A DNA stretch of 64,000 nt, from the sequence record PZ386977.1. One strand, given 5' to 3'. Every line of letters begins with the position of its first letter. Position 1 is the stretch's first letter. Origin of the DNA: a phage. The notes under the pieces were generated by a model. That model was given only the letters and a program-made list of their open reading frames with translations, made no database searches and was not told the origin of the DNA. Below, piece after piece: positions 47,538-57,469 of the stretch. The translations under genes and the position numbers were made by a program.

Positions 47538-48158
47538 TTACTTACGAGTTTTTGCATACTGAGCAGCGTCAGCAGCCAAACGACCTGCCTGACGAAGTTT
47601 TTCTTTAATCGCATCGTGAAGTGGTTGAGTATACTTCAAACCTTCGATAGTCAAATAAAGACGATAAAGGTCTGGGGTATCAAGGTTGTTGATATGTTGG
47701 CCATTACGAAGACTGTTGAATTCACGAACGAGTGAAGATGTATCGGATTCAATATCACGAACAAGCGAAGATAGTTGTTTATATTTTTTTTCCAGGCTAG
47801 AAGTATCAAACTTAAGAGCAGGAGCTTTAGGAGTTGCTTTTACTTCCGGCTTAGGCTCAGGTTTTGCTTTAGGGGCCGCAGGTTTAGGAACGGTAGGAGC
47901 AGGTTTTACTTTAGGCGAACCCGATTTAGCAGAAACACCACCACTAACAATATCTTTGAATGCTTTAGAAGCTCTGTAATATTCTTTTTGGGTGGAAGTG
48001 TCGATACCGTACATGGCTTGAACGTTTTTGAAAAACTCTGTACTAGTTTTTGTACCAGAAATAGCATCGTAAGCAGCTTGCCATTTCTCTTTTGTCATAC
48101 GTACACCGGCTTCGGTGATTACTTCCGTTTCGGCTAAAAATTCATTAAAAGTATACAT
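47538..48158 (-). CDS. internal-protein-like protein with capsid-targeting leader and Pro/Ala/Lys-rich segment
   Basis: 206 aa; starts MYTFNEFLAE; KVKPAPTVPKPAAPKAKPEPKPEVKATPKAPALK low-complexity block. Confidence 0.65.
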   Translation of the reverse strand: MYTFNEFLAETEVITEAGVRMTKEKWQAAYDAISGTKTSTEFFKNVQAMYGIDTSTQKEYYRASKAFKDIVSGGVSAKSGSPKVKPAPTVPKPAAPKAKPEPKPEVKATPKAPALKFDTSSLEKKYKQLSSLVRDIESDTSSLVREFNSLRNGQHINNLDTPDLYRLYLTIEGLKYTQPLHDAIKEKLRQAGRLAADAAQYAKTRK

Positions 48159-48193
48159 TGATGGTCCTTAGAAAGTGGGTTTATTGTTTACTA

Positions 48194-48201
48194 TATTTAT
48201 A
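48194..48201 (-). promoter_or_regulatory. late promoter TATAAATA
   Basis: minus-strand TATAAATA between tRNA-cluster terminator and the 48158 start. Confidence 0.5.
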
Positions 48202-48202
48202 C

Positions 48203-48230
48203 AAAAAAGCCCCAACCTTTCGGAAGGGGC
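48203..48230 (-). terminator. intrinsic terminator ending the tRNA operon
   Basis: minus-strand GCCCCUUCCGAAAGGUUGGGGC followed by UUUUUU. Confidence 0.6.
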
Positions 48231-48239
48231 TATATACCT

Positions 48240-48420
48240 TGTCGGGGTTTCCACCTACTAAGGCAAGTGTTTGTACGAAACGCCGGGATTCGAACCCGGT
48301 TATTAAGCAGTTGACGCTACTCAATATTTTTAAAAGGCCATATCTCGACCATATCCGAACGTTCCGTCAAAAACGCTACTCGGCCTACGGCAAAGATATT
48401 TCCTCGAATCGATAATTATG
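48240..48420 (-). ncRNA. possible small stable RNA with tRNA-like 3' end (cf. T4 species 1/2 RNAs)
   Basis: canonical T-arm CCGGGUUCGAAUCCCGG at 48283..48299 followed by acceptor-like CGUUUCG, but no cloverleaf could be drawn by hand. Confidence 0.3.
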
Positions 48421-48534
48421 TGCGCCGTTTCTGCTGTGATGTAAGGGGATATTAACGAATCATAAAGATTTATTAAGACCAGTCCTTACTCAGGGAACAT
48501 CAGTCCGACGACTTGCCGGTAGCGACCCGGCTTC

Positions 48535-48879
48535 TTATTTTGACATATCATCAATTTGTTCTCTACGTCTACGCCATAGATTAATTACTTCATCAACACA
48601 TTCGGCGTTTGATATATGACGGCAATAATATAATGATTCGCGTTTCTGGAATCGATGTTGCAATGGGATTTCGTTTAAAAGGTCTTTACGGTCAAAGTAT
48701 TCAAAACTAGTTAACCCAGAACGGTTTTTAAGGAACTTCCAATGACCAAATTCATTTTGAACATAGACGTAATCGGCATGCTGATACAGCGAATTAATTA
48801 ACCTATCGGAAATAACTGTTTCACGTTCGTTAAAATAAAACGTTAAATCATGAACTACCAGATAAACATTGCCTTTCAT
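48535..48879 (-). CDS. hypothetical protein inside tRNA cluster
   Basis: 114 aa from ATG with GAGGAAA SD; track ORF 48535..48927 starts at TTG overlapping tRNA-Arg. Confidence 0.5.
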   Translation of the reverse strand: MKGNVYLVVHDLTFYFNERETVISDRLINSLYQHADYVYVQNEFGHWKFLKNRSGLTSFEYFDRKDLLNEIPLQHRFQKRESLYYCRHISNAECVDEVINLWRRRREQIDDMSK

Positions 48880-48897
48880 ATTTTCCTCACTTAAAGT

Positions 48898-48974
<77 letters not shown>

Positions 48975-48978
48975 TATT

Positions 48979-49053
48979 TGGCGGACGTGATAGGATTCGA
49001 ACCTATAACCAATCGCTTAACAGGCGATCGCTCTGCCATTGAGCTACACATCC
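48979..49053 (-). tRNA. tRNA-Asn (anticodon GUU), CCA encoded
   Basis: anticodon loop CUGUUAA; T-arm AUAGG-UUCGAAU-CCUAU. Confidence 0.8.
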
Positions 49054-49057
49054 AAAT

Positions 49058-49144
49058 TGGTGGGGAGTGATGGAGTCGAACCACCCGAGTCGCAATGACA
49101 ATGGATTTACAGTCCACACCGCTACCTCTACGGGATAACTCCCC
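49058..49144 (-). tRNA. tRNA-Tyr (anticodon GUA), long variable arm, CCA encoded
   Basis: anticodon loop CUGUAAA; 87 nt; T-arm GGUGG-UUCGACU-CCAUC. Confidence 0.7.
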
Positions 49145-49156
49145 TAATTCATAATT

Positions 49157-49231
49157 TGGTGGCCCTGGGTGGAATTGAACCACCATCTGGCGATTATGAG
49201 TCGCTTGCTTGAACCTTCCAGCTACAGGGCC
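49157..49231 (-). tRNA. tRNA-Ile (anticodon CAU, lysidine-type) or elongator tRNA-Met, CCA encoded
   Basis: anticodon loop CUCAUAA; sits at the T4 tRNA-Ile position. Confidence 0.7.
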
Positions 49232-49232
49232 T

Positions 49233-49308
49233 TGGTGCTGATTGACGGAATCGAACCGCCGACCTTCTCATTACAAGTGAGTTGCTCTACCTACTGAGCT
49301 AAATCAGC
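49233..49308 (-). tRNA. tRNA-Thr (anticodon UGU), CCA encoded
   Basis: anticodon loop CUUGUAA; acceptor GCUGAUU/AAUCAGC. Confidence 0.8.
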
Positions 49309-49313
49309 AAAAC

Positions 49314-49403
49314 TGGCGGAGGCGATAGGATTTGAACCTATGAGTCGCCGGAGCGACTGCCGGTTTTCAAGACCGGTGCATTAAACCACTCTGCCACGCC
49401 TCC
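49314..49403 (-). tRNA. tRNA-Ser (anticodon UGA), long variable arm, CCA encoded
   Basis: anticodon loop CUUGAAA; 90 nt. Confidence 0.8.
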
Positions 49404-49405
49404 AG

Positions 49406-49479
49406 TCTCCATACAAGGATTTGAACCTTGGGCCTCCTGATCCCAAATCAGGCGCTCTACCAAACTGAGCTACACGGAG
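49406..49479 (-). tRNA. tRNA-Pro (anticodon UGG)
   Basis: anticodon loop UUUGGGA; T-arm CAAGG-UUCAAAU-CCUUG; no encoded CCA. Confidence 0.75.
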
Positions 49480-49489
49480 TAAATTAAAT

Positions 49490-49563
<74 letters not shown>

Positions 49564-49568
49564 AAATT

Positions 49569-49655
49569 TGGTGCGAGAAGTGGGACTCGAACCCACAAGG
49601 AAATCATTCCGCAGCATTTTAAGTGCTGTGCCTTTACCAATTTGGCCATTCTCGC
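49569..49655 (-). tRNA. tRNA-Leu (anticodon UAA), long variable arm, CCA encoded
   Basis: anticodon loop CUUAAAA; 87 nt. Confidence 0.8.
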
Positions 49656-49656
49656 G

Positions 49657-49729
49657 CTGGGAATAAAGGACTCGAACCTTTGCATCCTGGAATCAAAATC
49701 CAGTGCCTTACCAACTTGGCTAATTCCCA
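49657..49729 (-). tRNA. tRNA-Gln (anticodon UUG)
   Basis: anticodon loop UUUUGAU; acceptor UGGGAAU/AUUCCCA; abuts tRNA-Leu (dimeric precursor as in T4). Confidence 0.8.
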
Positions 49730-49826
49730 ATTATTAACAAAGGCTCTCTAACAAGAACCCTTGATGATAGAGGGTGTTAATCAGTGCGATATGAGTTAAT
49801 AATAACAAATAATTCTTAAAGCATAT

Positions 49827-50120
49827 TTACCATTTATGATAATACATATTTACGATGCAGTCAAGACCCAAAGGATTCTTGAAAATATCATATTCAAGAG
49901 GACCTTTTTCCGTTTCAATAAAGAAATCAAAATTTACTGTATTAAATTTACGGTCTTCCTTCACTAATTTAACTTGAGAAGATGAACGGTCAATGTAAAC
50001 CTTTTCAACTTCAAAACATGTTAAAATGCCATAATCATCAATCAAGGCTTTAGCCGCGTCTTGATCATATTTATATCCATTTTCAATAGACGATACTTTA
50101 GCATAAAGAATCATTATCAA
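49827..50120 (-). CDS. hypothetical protein
   Basis: 97-aa ORF. Confidence 0.5.
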   Translation of the reverse strand: MIMILYAKVSSIENGYKYDQDAAKALIDDYGILTCFEVEKVYIDRSSSQVKLVKEDRKFNTVNFDFFIETEKGPLEYDIFKNPLGLDCIVNMYYHKW

Positions 50121-50530
50121 CCTTCATCAACAATAGTATGAGTATGGGCATTTACAATTTGCCACCAATCAAAGCGATTAGAACCATACATCAGGTTGTT
50201 CTCATTTTCTTTGATAATGTCACGGAGTTCATCTTCAGTAGCGGCTTTCGCGATTAAATCAGCATATCCACCGCGAGGATAATAATTATCACCTGCAAAA
50301 AGTAAAAAGTTCGGTTTAATATTATTGAACTCTTCAAGAGTAATAACTTTTCCTGTCGGTTGAACAATCTCTACATATTTATATCCTAATTTTTGAGCAG
50401 CATCTACTGCTTCAAGCAAAGTATCATGAGCCCATCCAATTTGACAACCTGGCTTTTCAGATGGATTAGCCTGATAATCCGCGTACACTTTATACATTCT
50501 ATTCACCTTTTGCAATTTTATCCATAACAA
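50117..50530 (-). CDS. hypothetical protein
   Basis: 137-aa ORF (possible internal start at 50497). Confidence 0.5.
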   Translation of the reverse strand: MLWIKLQKVNRMYKVYADYQANPSEKPGCQIGWAHDTLLEAVDAAQKLGYKYVEIVQPTGKVITLEEFNNIKPNFLLFAGDNYYPRGGYADLIAKAATEDELRDIIKENENNLMYGSNRFDWWQIVNAHTHTIVDEG

Positions 50531-50705
50531 TAGCGATTAAGCCGATTAGAAATGCTACTACCAATGAGATAGAATTTTCGGTTGTTGTCAGTAGTCCGCA
50601 AATGAATCCTACAAACATCGAAAAACTAAAAGCCATTGAAGCAATTACTACAGCAACATTACGAATCAGTTCAGCGCGTTTCATTTTATTTCTCCATTTA
50701 CTCAT
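50499..50705 (-). CDS. small membrane protein
   Basis: 68 aa with two hydrophobic helices. Confidence 0.45.
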   Translation of the reverse strand: MSKWRNKMKRAELIRNVAVVIASMAFSFSMFVGFICGLLTTTENSISLVVAFLIGLIAIVMDKIAKGE

Positions 50706-50721
50706 TTGTTTTGATAGGACT

Positions 50722-50751
50722 ACTATAACATAGTCCTATCGGCATGTAAAC
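50722..50751 (-). promoter_or_regulatory. early promoter GTTTACA-N17-TATAGT embedded in perfect 10-bp-arm palindrome
   Basis: GATAGGACTACTATAACATAGTCCTATC at 50713..50740; the -35 overlaps the upstream stop codon. Confidence 0.55.
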
Positions 50752-51062
50752 TATTTTATGCCTTTAGATGAAATAGTATTCTGGCGTTTGACCCCTGTTT
50801 GTGAAAAATCGTGGTTATCGATTTGGTCGACTCGCATAACACCAAATGCAGATTTAATTTTAGCCTTTGAACCTTTTTTGATACTAATTACCATATAAGT
50901 ATCATTTTTCTTATATTCGAAATTTGTTACTTCAACGCCTTGATTAGAAATTGACTTAATAATAGCATTAGCGTATTCATCATCTAACGGGCCGTTAGTG
51001 TTAATAACAAAATTTTTATCCGCTTTAGTAGCTTCCGCGATAAACTCTTGATACGTTTTCAT
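50751..51062 (-). CDS. internal protein I-like protein with capsid-targeting leader
   Basis: 103 aa; starts MKTYQEFIAE; position next to 57B as T4 ipI. Confidence 0.7.
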   Translation of the reverse strand: MKTYQEFIAEATKADKNFVINTNGPLDDEYANAIIKSISNQGVEVTNFEYKKNDTYMVISIKKGSKAKIKSAFGVMRVDQIDNHDFSQTGVKRQNTISSKGIK

Positions 51063-51096
51063 TTTATTTCCTTGAGGTTGTTTATTTGATAGGATG

Positions 51097-51126
51097 ATAG
51101 TATCACACCATCATCCTTATGTAAAC
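51097..51126 (-). promoter_or_regulatory. early promoter GTTTACA-N17-TACTAT
   Basis: minus-strand GTTTACATAAGGATGATGGTGTGATACTAT upstream of 51062 start. Confidence 0.5.
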
Positions 51127-51139
51127 TGTTTTGTGAAAA

Positions 51140-51825
<686 letters not shown>

Positions 51826-51829
51826 TTTA

Positions 51830-52564
51830 TTACCTTAAGATTGTTTCAATTTTAGAATAAAGCTCTTCTAAAGAGCCGTCGTTTGTAATAACTAAATCGC
51901 CTTCTTCAATAGGCAACCCAGCTTCTGTAATATGTTTATCGGTGGATTCCGTACCAGAGCGAACCACATGAATAACTGTAGCACCCATCGCTCTAGCAGT
52001 TTCCATTTCATGGACTTGGCGTGTATCTGTTACAACATAGTAATCGAAATCACTTCCAATATAATCCATATAGTTTAATGCAAAAAGTTTAACCCAATAC
52101 ATACGGTCAAATAAATTAACGACAACATCCGTACCGAGGGCTTGCATAAGACGGCGGATTGACCATGTGTCGTTGATATTATTTATAGCTTCACGCAGGG
52201 CTTCATATGGTTTAATATCTAGATACGAATATCCACCTTCTAACGATGATAATACTTTAACATTATTAATTGGTAAATATTGACTTTGTAAATAAATTAG
52301 CGCTTCTTCCAATAATTCAATAACATCTAACTTATTGAGATTTAATGGTGTTTCACGGTCGTATCCAATGCCTTCAAAGTATTCGTATTTCAACTCTGTG
52401 AATACATCAGGATTTTCAGCATGCCTACGTCCCCAGGCTATTGCTAGAGCGTCTTTAATTGGATATGCCAATTGATATTTTACGGATTTAAAGTTTGAAT
52501 TGATGTAATCAGCGGTGGTGTCTTTACCACTACGTTTGATGCCGCTTAAAAAGATTAGCTCCAT
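51830..52564 (-). CDS. 1: deoxynucleoside monophosphate kinase gp1
   Basis: 244 aa; MELIFLSGIKRSGKDTTADYI P-loop; T4 gp1-like throughout. Confidence 0.95.
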   Translation of the reverse strand: MELIFLSGIKRSGKDTTADYINSNFKSVKYQLAYPIKDALAIAWGRRHAENPDVFTELKYEYFEGIGYDRETPLNLNKLDVIELLEEALIYLQSQYLPINNVKVLSSLEGGYSYLDIKPYEALREAINNINDTWSIRRLMQALGTDVVVNLFDRMYWVKLFALNYMDYIGSDFDYYVVTDTRQVHEMETARAMGATVIHVVRSGTESTDKHITEAGLPIEEGDLVITNDGSLEELYSKIETILR

Positions 52565-52617
52565 AAGTTTTCCTCATATAATTTATGAGTGATTATAACA
52601 TACGGAGCTAGAAGCGA

Positions 52618-53208
52618 TTAACGCAAGGAAGGGTGTCTAGAAATGGATTTAGATTCGACGGCTTGGCGTGGTTGTTGAGATACAATGACTTCGCCATCTT
52701 TTTCTATCGTCATATACGCGTAGTGAATAGTTGCTACGCACGTAACGGCAGGGTCAGAGTCTTCAGTGTAACTAAATTCAATTTCACTCAAATCAGAAAT
52801 CCATGGTTTATAGAAATTTGCTGTCAAAACTACTTCTGTCTTATTGTTGTTTAAAATGTGCAAAGTAACAAACTCAGGACCATCAGAGTGGGCCGTATTA
52901 TGTCCGGTTATATAGTTATTAGTGCTGAGCATCCATTTATACATGTTCATCCAGGACGTCATGTCTTCATCAACTATAAATCGTACAATAAAAGGGTCAT
53001 ATTCAAATGTGGTGCCTGCACGCATTGCACGACCTAGCCCCATTGTGCCTGTCACAGTTTCAACAACAGGAATTCTCACACCTGGCAGTGGAGCCGTTTG
53101 GGCATTGAGCACAAAACCTGAAGTTCGTGTACTATCCGGGATATCCACAACAAAGTTTGTTATATTTGTTTGGTTAAAAATCTGTCTCGCTGGACGAGTC
53201 ATAAGCAC
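52618..53208 (-). CDS. 3: tail completion / sheath stabiliser gp3
   Basis: 196-aa ORF, ITNFVVDIPDS...FVLNAQTAPLPG; synteny. Confidence 0.8.
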   Translation of the reverse strand: MLMTRPARQIFNQTNITNFVVDIPDSTRTSGFVLNAQTAPLPGVRIPVVETVTGTMGLGRAMRAGTTFEYDPFIVRFIVDEDMTSWMNMYKWMLSTNNYITGHNTAHSDGPEFVTLHILNNNKTEVVLTANFYKPWISDLSEIEFSYTEDSDPAVTCVATIHYAYMTIEKDGEVIVSQQPRQAVESKSISRHPSLR

Positions 53209-53304
53209 CTCAAAAACGCTTTAATAAAAATGCAGTATAATGGTTTTAGGTCTCTTCCATTAATCCGGTTCAACAGAATATCAGAAGAACGGAAGAGAAT
53301 AGAA

Positions 53305-54126
53305 TTAAGATTTCCAAACGGTATTCGCAGAGAAACGTTTTCCTTTTGACATAAACTGCTGAGTAGGTAACATGATTATGTTAGCCCAGTCTTTAGGAGC
53401 GATTTCTGTTATTGTTCCTCTAATGTGGCCTGGCAGGTATGCTTTAATCATTTTGTCTGCACCTTGAAATCCTTTCACCTTGCTCCAGTCTATTTTCAAC
53501 TTTGTGTTATTAGTAATAGTAGTTGTGCTAGCATATTGCTTCAGCAATTCTTCAAGAAACTGTTGGCGTGCTTTAGGTGGGATATAGTGCAAGTTTAACC
53601 CATACATCAAATTATGTTTACCTAATCCTAAATAAATAATCAAAGGATATCTGTCCCAATACGGCAGAGTATCTTTATGTTTGGCATCATACACGTAAGT
53701 ATAAATTTTGCCTGGCGTAGGCTTGACTACTTTATGACCTTTTACACTTTTCTTAATTGTTTCAACAAACCACTTAGATGATTTGTTGTTTACTGCTGCG
53801 CCTTCATTTCTAATCTTTTCTCGTATTGAACTGCGAAACGAGTTTATCATCAGAAGTTGACGTTCTTGCTTATTGAGTTTATTTTTAGGTTTAGATTCAA
53901 GCGTTTCAATTTTCTGTGCAGTCTTAATAGATGATGCATATCTAGACATTGCAGATGTAAACGACGAGTATTTTATTCCTTTTGATTCTGCAAATGCTTT
54001 TGCAGTGATTCCTTTCTCTTTAGCTTTCTTGTATTCTAATCCTATCTCAATCCATTTTCTTTCATTCATAGACTGAGCAATCTTAGGGGCTTGTACGCCT
54101 TCAGATATAATTTGGAATATGCTCAT
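53305..54126 (-). CDS. 2: DNA-end protector gp2
   Basis: 273-aa ORF; synteny between 3 and 4. Confidence 0.8.
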   Translation of the reverse strand: MSIFQIISEGVQAPKIAQSMNERKWIEIGLEYKKAKEKGITAKAFAESKGIKYSSFTSAMSRYASSIKTAQKIETLESKPKNKLNKQERQLLMINSFRSSIREKIRNEGAAVNNKSSKWFVETIKKSVKGHKVVKPTPGKIYTYVYDAKHKDTLPYWDRYPLIIYLGLGKHNLMYGLNLHYIPPKARQQFLEELLKQYASTTTITNNTKLKIDWSKVKGFQGADKMIKAYLPGHIRGTITEIAPKDWANIIMLPTQQFMSKGKRFSANTVWKS

Positions 54127-54128
54127 AA

Positions 54129-54578
54129 TTACCCCTTGTATCCGAGTTTTCTAAGTCCGTCTTCGGTTAGAACTCGAAATTTTATATTTCTCTTTTCAGC
54201 AACAGCTGAGGCAGCTTTCCATTTGTCACAGTTCACAGACCACGTGTAGATTTCATTCATATAACGTTTCTTAGCCGCAGTTGTAAGATTCACCGGTTTA
54301 ATAGGTGGCTGAGTTTCTTTCTTTGGTTTTATTTCTACAAAGAACTCTTGACCTGATGCATCTTTCATCCATATATCCATATAGTATCGACGTTTCTTAC
54401 CTTCAGCATTACAAAAATATGGAATTACTGCCGTTTCGCTGCCCCATGCAATAATTTCTGGATTTTTATCCAACCATTCGAAAAAGAATTTTTCCCAGTT
54501 TGAACGATACATTATTTTGGTATGGTCTCCACGGTATTTTTTTAAATTTTTCGGGACCCATTTACCAGAGTAGGCCAT
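54129..54578 (-). CDS. 4: head completion protein gp4
   Basis: [35 protein letters not shown] matches T4 gp4; AAGGAGG SD before internal ATG. Confidence 0.9.
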   Translation of the reverse strand: MAYSGKWVPKNLKKYRGDHTKIMYRSNWEKFFFEWLDKNPEIIAWGSETAVIPYFCNAEGKKRRYYMDIWMKDASGQEFFVEIKPKKETQPPIKPVNLTTAAKKRYMNEIYTWSVNCDKWKAASAVAEKRNIKFRVLTEDGLRKLGYKG

Positions 54579-54589
54579 GTTGTCCTCCT

Positions 54590-54597
54590 TATAAATA
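54590..54597 (+). promoter_or_regulatory. late promoter TATAAATA for gene 53
   Basis: exact TATAAATA 43 nt upstream of gene 53 start. Confidence 0.55.
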
Positions 54598-54604
54598 GTA
54601 TTAT

Positions 54605-54612
54605 TATTTATA
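54605..54612 (-). promoter_or_regulatory. late promoter TATAAATA for gene 4 (divergent)
   Basis: exact TATAAATA on minus strand 27 nt upstream of gene 4 ATG. Confidence 0.55.
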
Positions 54613-54639
54613 CCAATTTCATATTGGAAGGAGACTATT

Positions 54640-55215
54640 TTGTTATTTACATTCTTCGACCCAATAGGATATAGTGCTAAAACAGTTGATAAGAATGCAC
54701 CTACTATTCCTATGACAGACATATTTCGTAACTATAAAGAGTACTTTAAACGTGTTGCTGCCAATTATAGATTACGTTCTTATTACATTAAAGGCTCTCC
54801 ACGTCCTGAAGAACTAGCAAACATAATTTATGGCAACCCTCAATTATACTGGGTCCTTTTGATGTGTAATGATAACTACGACCCGTATTATGGTTGGATT
54901 ACATCTCAGGAAGCAGCGTATCAAGCGTCTATTCAGAAATATGCAAATGCTGGCGGAGACCAAATTCTTTACCATATTAACGAGAACCGTGAGAAATTTT
55001 ACAATTTAGTTTCATATCCAGACGAGCCTTTAGTGTGGTATGATAAAGGTGACGAAGCTCGTAAGTATCCGCAATATAAAGGGCCTTTAGCCGCTGTAGA
55101 TACTTATGAAGCGGCAGTATTAGATAATGAAAAACTTCGTAAAATAAAAATTGTTGCAAAAGAAGATATAAACTCGTTTATCACAGATTTGATTCGAGAG
55201 ATGGAGATTGCATAA
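54640..55215 (+). CDS. 53: baseplate wedge protein gp53
   Basis: (M)LFTFFDPIGYSAKTVDKNAPTIPMTDIF matches T4 gp53; initiates at TTG with AAGGAG SD. Confidence 0.9.
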   Translation: MLFTFFDPIGYSAKTVDKNAPTIPMTDIFRNYKEYFKRVAANYRLRSYYIKGSPRPEELANIIYGNPQLYWVLLMCNDNYDPYYGWITSQEAAYQASIQKYANAGGDQILYHINENREKFYNLVSYPDEPLVWYDKGDEARKYPQYKGPLAAVDTYEAAVLDNEKLRKIKIVAKEDINSFITDLIREMEIA

Positions 55216-56948
55216 TGGAAATGATTAGCAGTAGCCTTAATTGGTTCGTGGGTGTTGTCGAGGACAGAATGGACCCATTAAAACAAGGGCGAGTTCGAGT
55301 TCGAGTCGTTGGTCTTCATCCGGCACAGAGGGCACAAGGTGATGTACAAGGTATTCCTACAGAAAAACTTCCGTGGATGACTGTTATTCAACCTATTACG
55401 TCTGCATCAATGTCAGGTATTGGTGGTTCTGTTACAGGTCCTGTTGAAGGAACTCGAGTATATGGTCATTTCTTAGACAAATGGAAAACAAACGGGATTG
55501 TACTTGGTACATACGGCGGAATAGTACGTGAAAAGCCTAATAGACTTGAAGGTTTTTCAGACCCGACAGGCCAGTATCCGCGACGTTTAGGTAATGATAC
55601 GAACGTATTAAACCAAGGTGGTGAAGCTGGTTATTATTCAAACTCTAACGTAATTCAAGATAACAACTTGGATTATGGTATAAACCCAGATGATACAGAT
55701 TTAGCAAATATTCCAGAAGATGATGACCCTAATTTTACAATAACAGAAATGTTACGTCGTGACGAAGGTCTTCGTGATAAAGTGTATTGGGACCATCTCG
55801 GATATCCTACCGTAGGTATTGGACACCTTATCGTAATGGAAAAGACCCGAGATATGTCTCGAATTAATAAATTGTTATCCGATCAAGTAGGGCGTGAAGT
55901 AACAGGAAATCCCGGGACTATTACATTAGAAGAAGCAACAGCGTTATTTGAGAAAGACCTTGCTAAGATGCAGAAAGACATTCGTTCTAATTCTAAAGTA
56001 GGTCCTGTTTATGCTAAAATGAACAGGTCTCGTCAAATGGCATTAGAAAACATGTGTTTCCAAATGGGCGTTGGTGGTGTAGCAAAATTCAATACTATGC
56101 TTAAAGCAATGGCCACAGGTGATTGGAAAACCGCATACAAATCTGGGCGCGATTCATTATGGTTCCAACAGACTAAAGGACGCGCTTCACGTGTAACAAC
56201 AATTATTTTAACCGGTAACATGGAATCATACGGCGTTCCTGTTAAAACGCCGCCTTCACCAGGAGTTGGTGCCGATTTAGTTACTAGAAATACCGATCCG
56301 GAAGACCCGGCTGGTCCTCCTGTTCCATTAGATTCACGTATACTTTTTAAAGAACCGGAATCAAGTTATCGTGGTGAGTATCCATACGTTCATGCTATGG
56401 AAACAGAAAGTGGTCATATCCAAGAATTTGACGATACTCCAGGTAATGAACGTTATCGATTAGTTCATCCAACAGGGTCATATGAGGAAGTTTCTCCGGC
56501 AGGCCGTCGTACTCGTAAAACCGTAGAAGACCTTTTTGACATCACTAATGGCGATGGGAACTTCTTGATTTCTGGCGATAAGCTTGTTAACGTTGGTGCT
56601 AATGAAATATATTATAACATGGCAGACCGCCTCCATCAAATAGACGGCAATGACACAATCTTTATTCGTGGTAACCAATCTAAAACTGTTGAAGGCGATG
56701 GAACTCTTTATGTTAAGGGTAATATCAAAATAGTTGTTGACGGAAATGCAGATATTCTTGTTAAAGGTGATGCTAAAACTCAGGTCGAAGGGAATCATGA
56801 TTACACCGTCAACGGAAACGTTAAATGGACTGTTAATGGTAATGTTGATATGACTGTTGCCGGGGATTGGGCAGAAACAATGTCTACAATGAGCTCAGTA
56901 GCTTCAGGACAATACACTGTTGACGGATCTCGTATTGATATTGGGTAA
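55215..56948 (+). CDS. 5: baseplate hub / tail lysozyme gp5
   Basis: 577 aa; OB-fold N-terminus, lysozyme domain ITEMLRRDEGLRDKVYWDHLGYPTVGIGHL, C-terminal VxGxxxxx beta-helix repeats. Confidence 0.95.
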   Translation: MEMISSSLNWFVGVVEDRMDPLKQGRVRVRVVGLHPAQRAQGDVQGIPTEKLPWMTVIQPITSASMSGIGGSVTGPVEGTRVYGHFLDKWKTNGIVLGTYGGIVREKPNRLEGFSDPTGQYPRRLGNDTNVLNQGGEAGYYSNSNVIQDNNLDYGINPDDTDLANIPEDDDPNFTITEMLRRDEGLRDKVYWDHLGYPTVGIGHLIVMEKTRDMSRINKLLSDQVGREVTGNPGTITLEEATALFEKDLAKMQKDIRSNSKVGPVYAKMNRSRQMALENMCFQMGVGGVAKFNTMLKAMATGDWKTAYKSGRDSLWFQQTKGRASRVTTIILTGNMESYGVPVKTPPSPGVGADLVTRNTDPEDPAGPPVPLDSRILFKEPESSYRGEYPYVHAMETESGHIQEFDDTPGNERYRLVHPTGSYEEVSPAGRRTRKTVEDLFDITNGDGNFLISGDKLVNVGANEIYYNMADRLHQIDGNDTIFIRGNQSKTVEGDGTLYVKGNIKIVVDGNADILVKGDAKTQVEGNHDYTVNGNVKWTVNGNVDMTVAGDWAETMSTMSSVASGQYTVDGSRIDIG

Positions 56949-56951
56949 TAT

Positions 56952-57467
56952 ATGGCACAAATACTTCCTTTAAATACCGACTTAGGAGAAGACATGGAAG
57001 GGGCGTCTATTGACGTCCTTTTTACTCCACAGTTAGAAACAACCGAAACTTTAGTGTCAATAAATATAACAGATTATGAACCGACACAAGGCATTACGGT
57101 AGATGGTAATCGTTTATATGGAACATATGAAAGTGTGTTTAGCTTTTCTTCGGACGCATTGAAATACCGATTAAATGATGATTTTGAAACCGCATCTTCA
57201 TGGGATGATTTACCAAAAGATGAGTCCACACAGTTATATTTGTGGAGAGCTCCTCAGAATCTTCGTAAAGTGTTTAGTTATACGGTTGAAATGATTTATA
57301 ACTACCAAGAAGAAAGTTCATCAGGCGGTTCTAGAAGTGACTCTGGCACAGAACCTCCACCAGCTCCAGTACAAAAAACTCTTACTAAGGTTTATACAAA
57401 AACTATAGTAGGAAATTGGAGCAAATGGGCTCATCAATTACGAAACTATGTTTATGTGAGGCCGTGA
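56952..57467 (+). CDS. 5.1: gp5.1-like protein
   Basis: 171-aa ORF between 5 and 5.4. Confidence 0.6.
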   Translation: MAQILPLNTDLGEDMEGASIDVLFTPQLETTETLVSINITDYEPTQGITVDGNRLYGTYESVFSFSSDALKYRLNDDFETASSWDDLPKDESTQLYLWRAPQNLRKVFSYTVEMIYNYQEESSSGGSRSDSGTEPPPAPVQKTLTKVYTKTIVGNWSKWAHQLRNYVYVRP

Positions 57468-57469
57468 AA

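Noticed and set aside
48240-48420. An eleventh canonical tRNA
   Set aside because: Only the T-arm and acceptor 3' strand are tRNA-like; no D or anticodon arm could be folded, so kept as tRNA-like ncRNA only
54129-54722. 197-aa version of the gene 4 ORF
   Set aside because: First 48 codons lie in the divergent promoter region; strong SD and T4-matching N-terminus at the internal ATG (54578)
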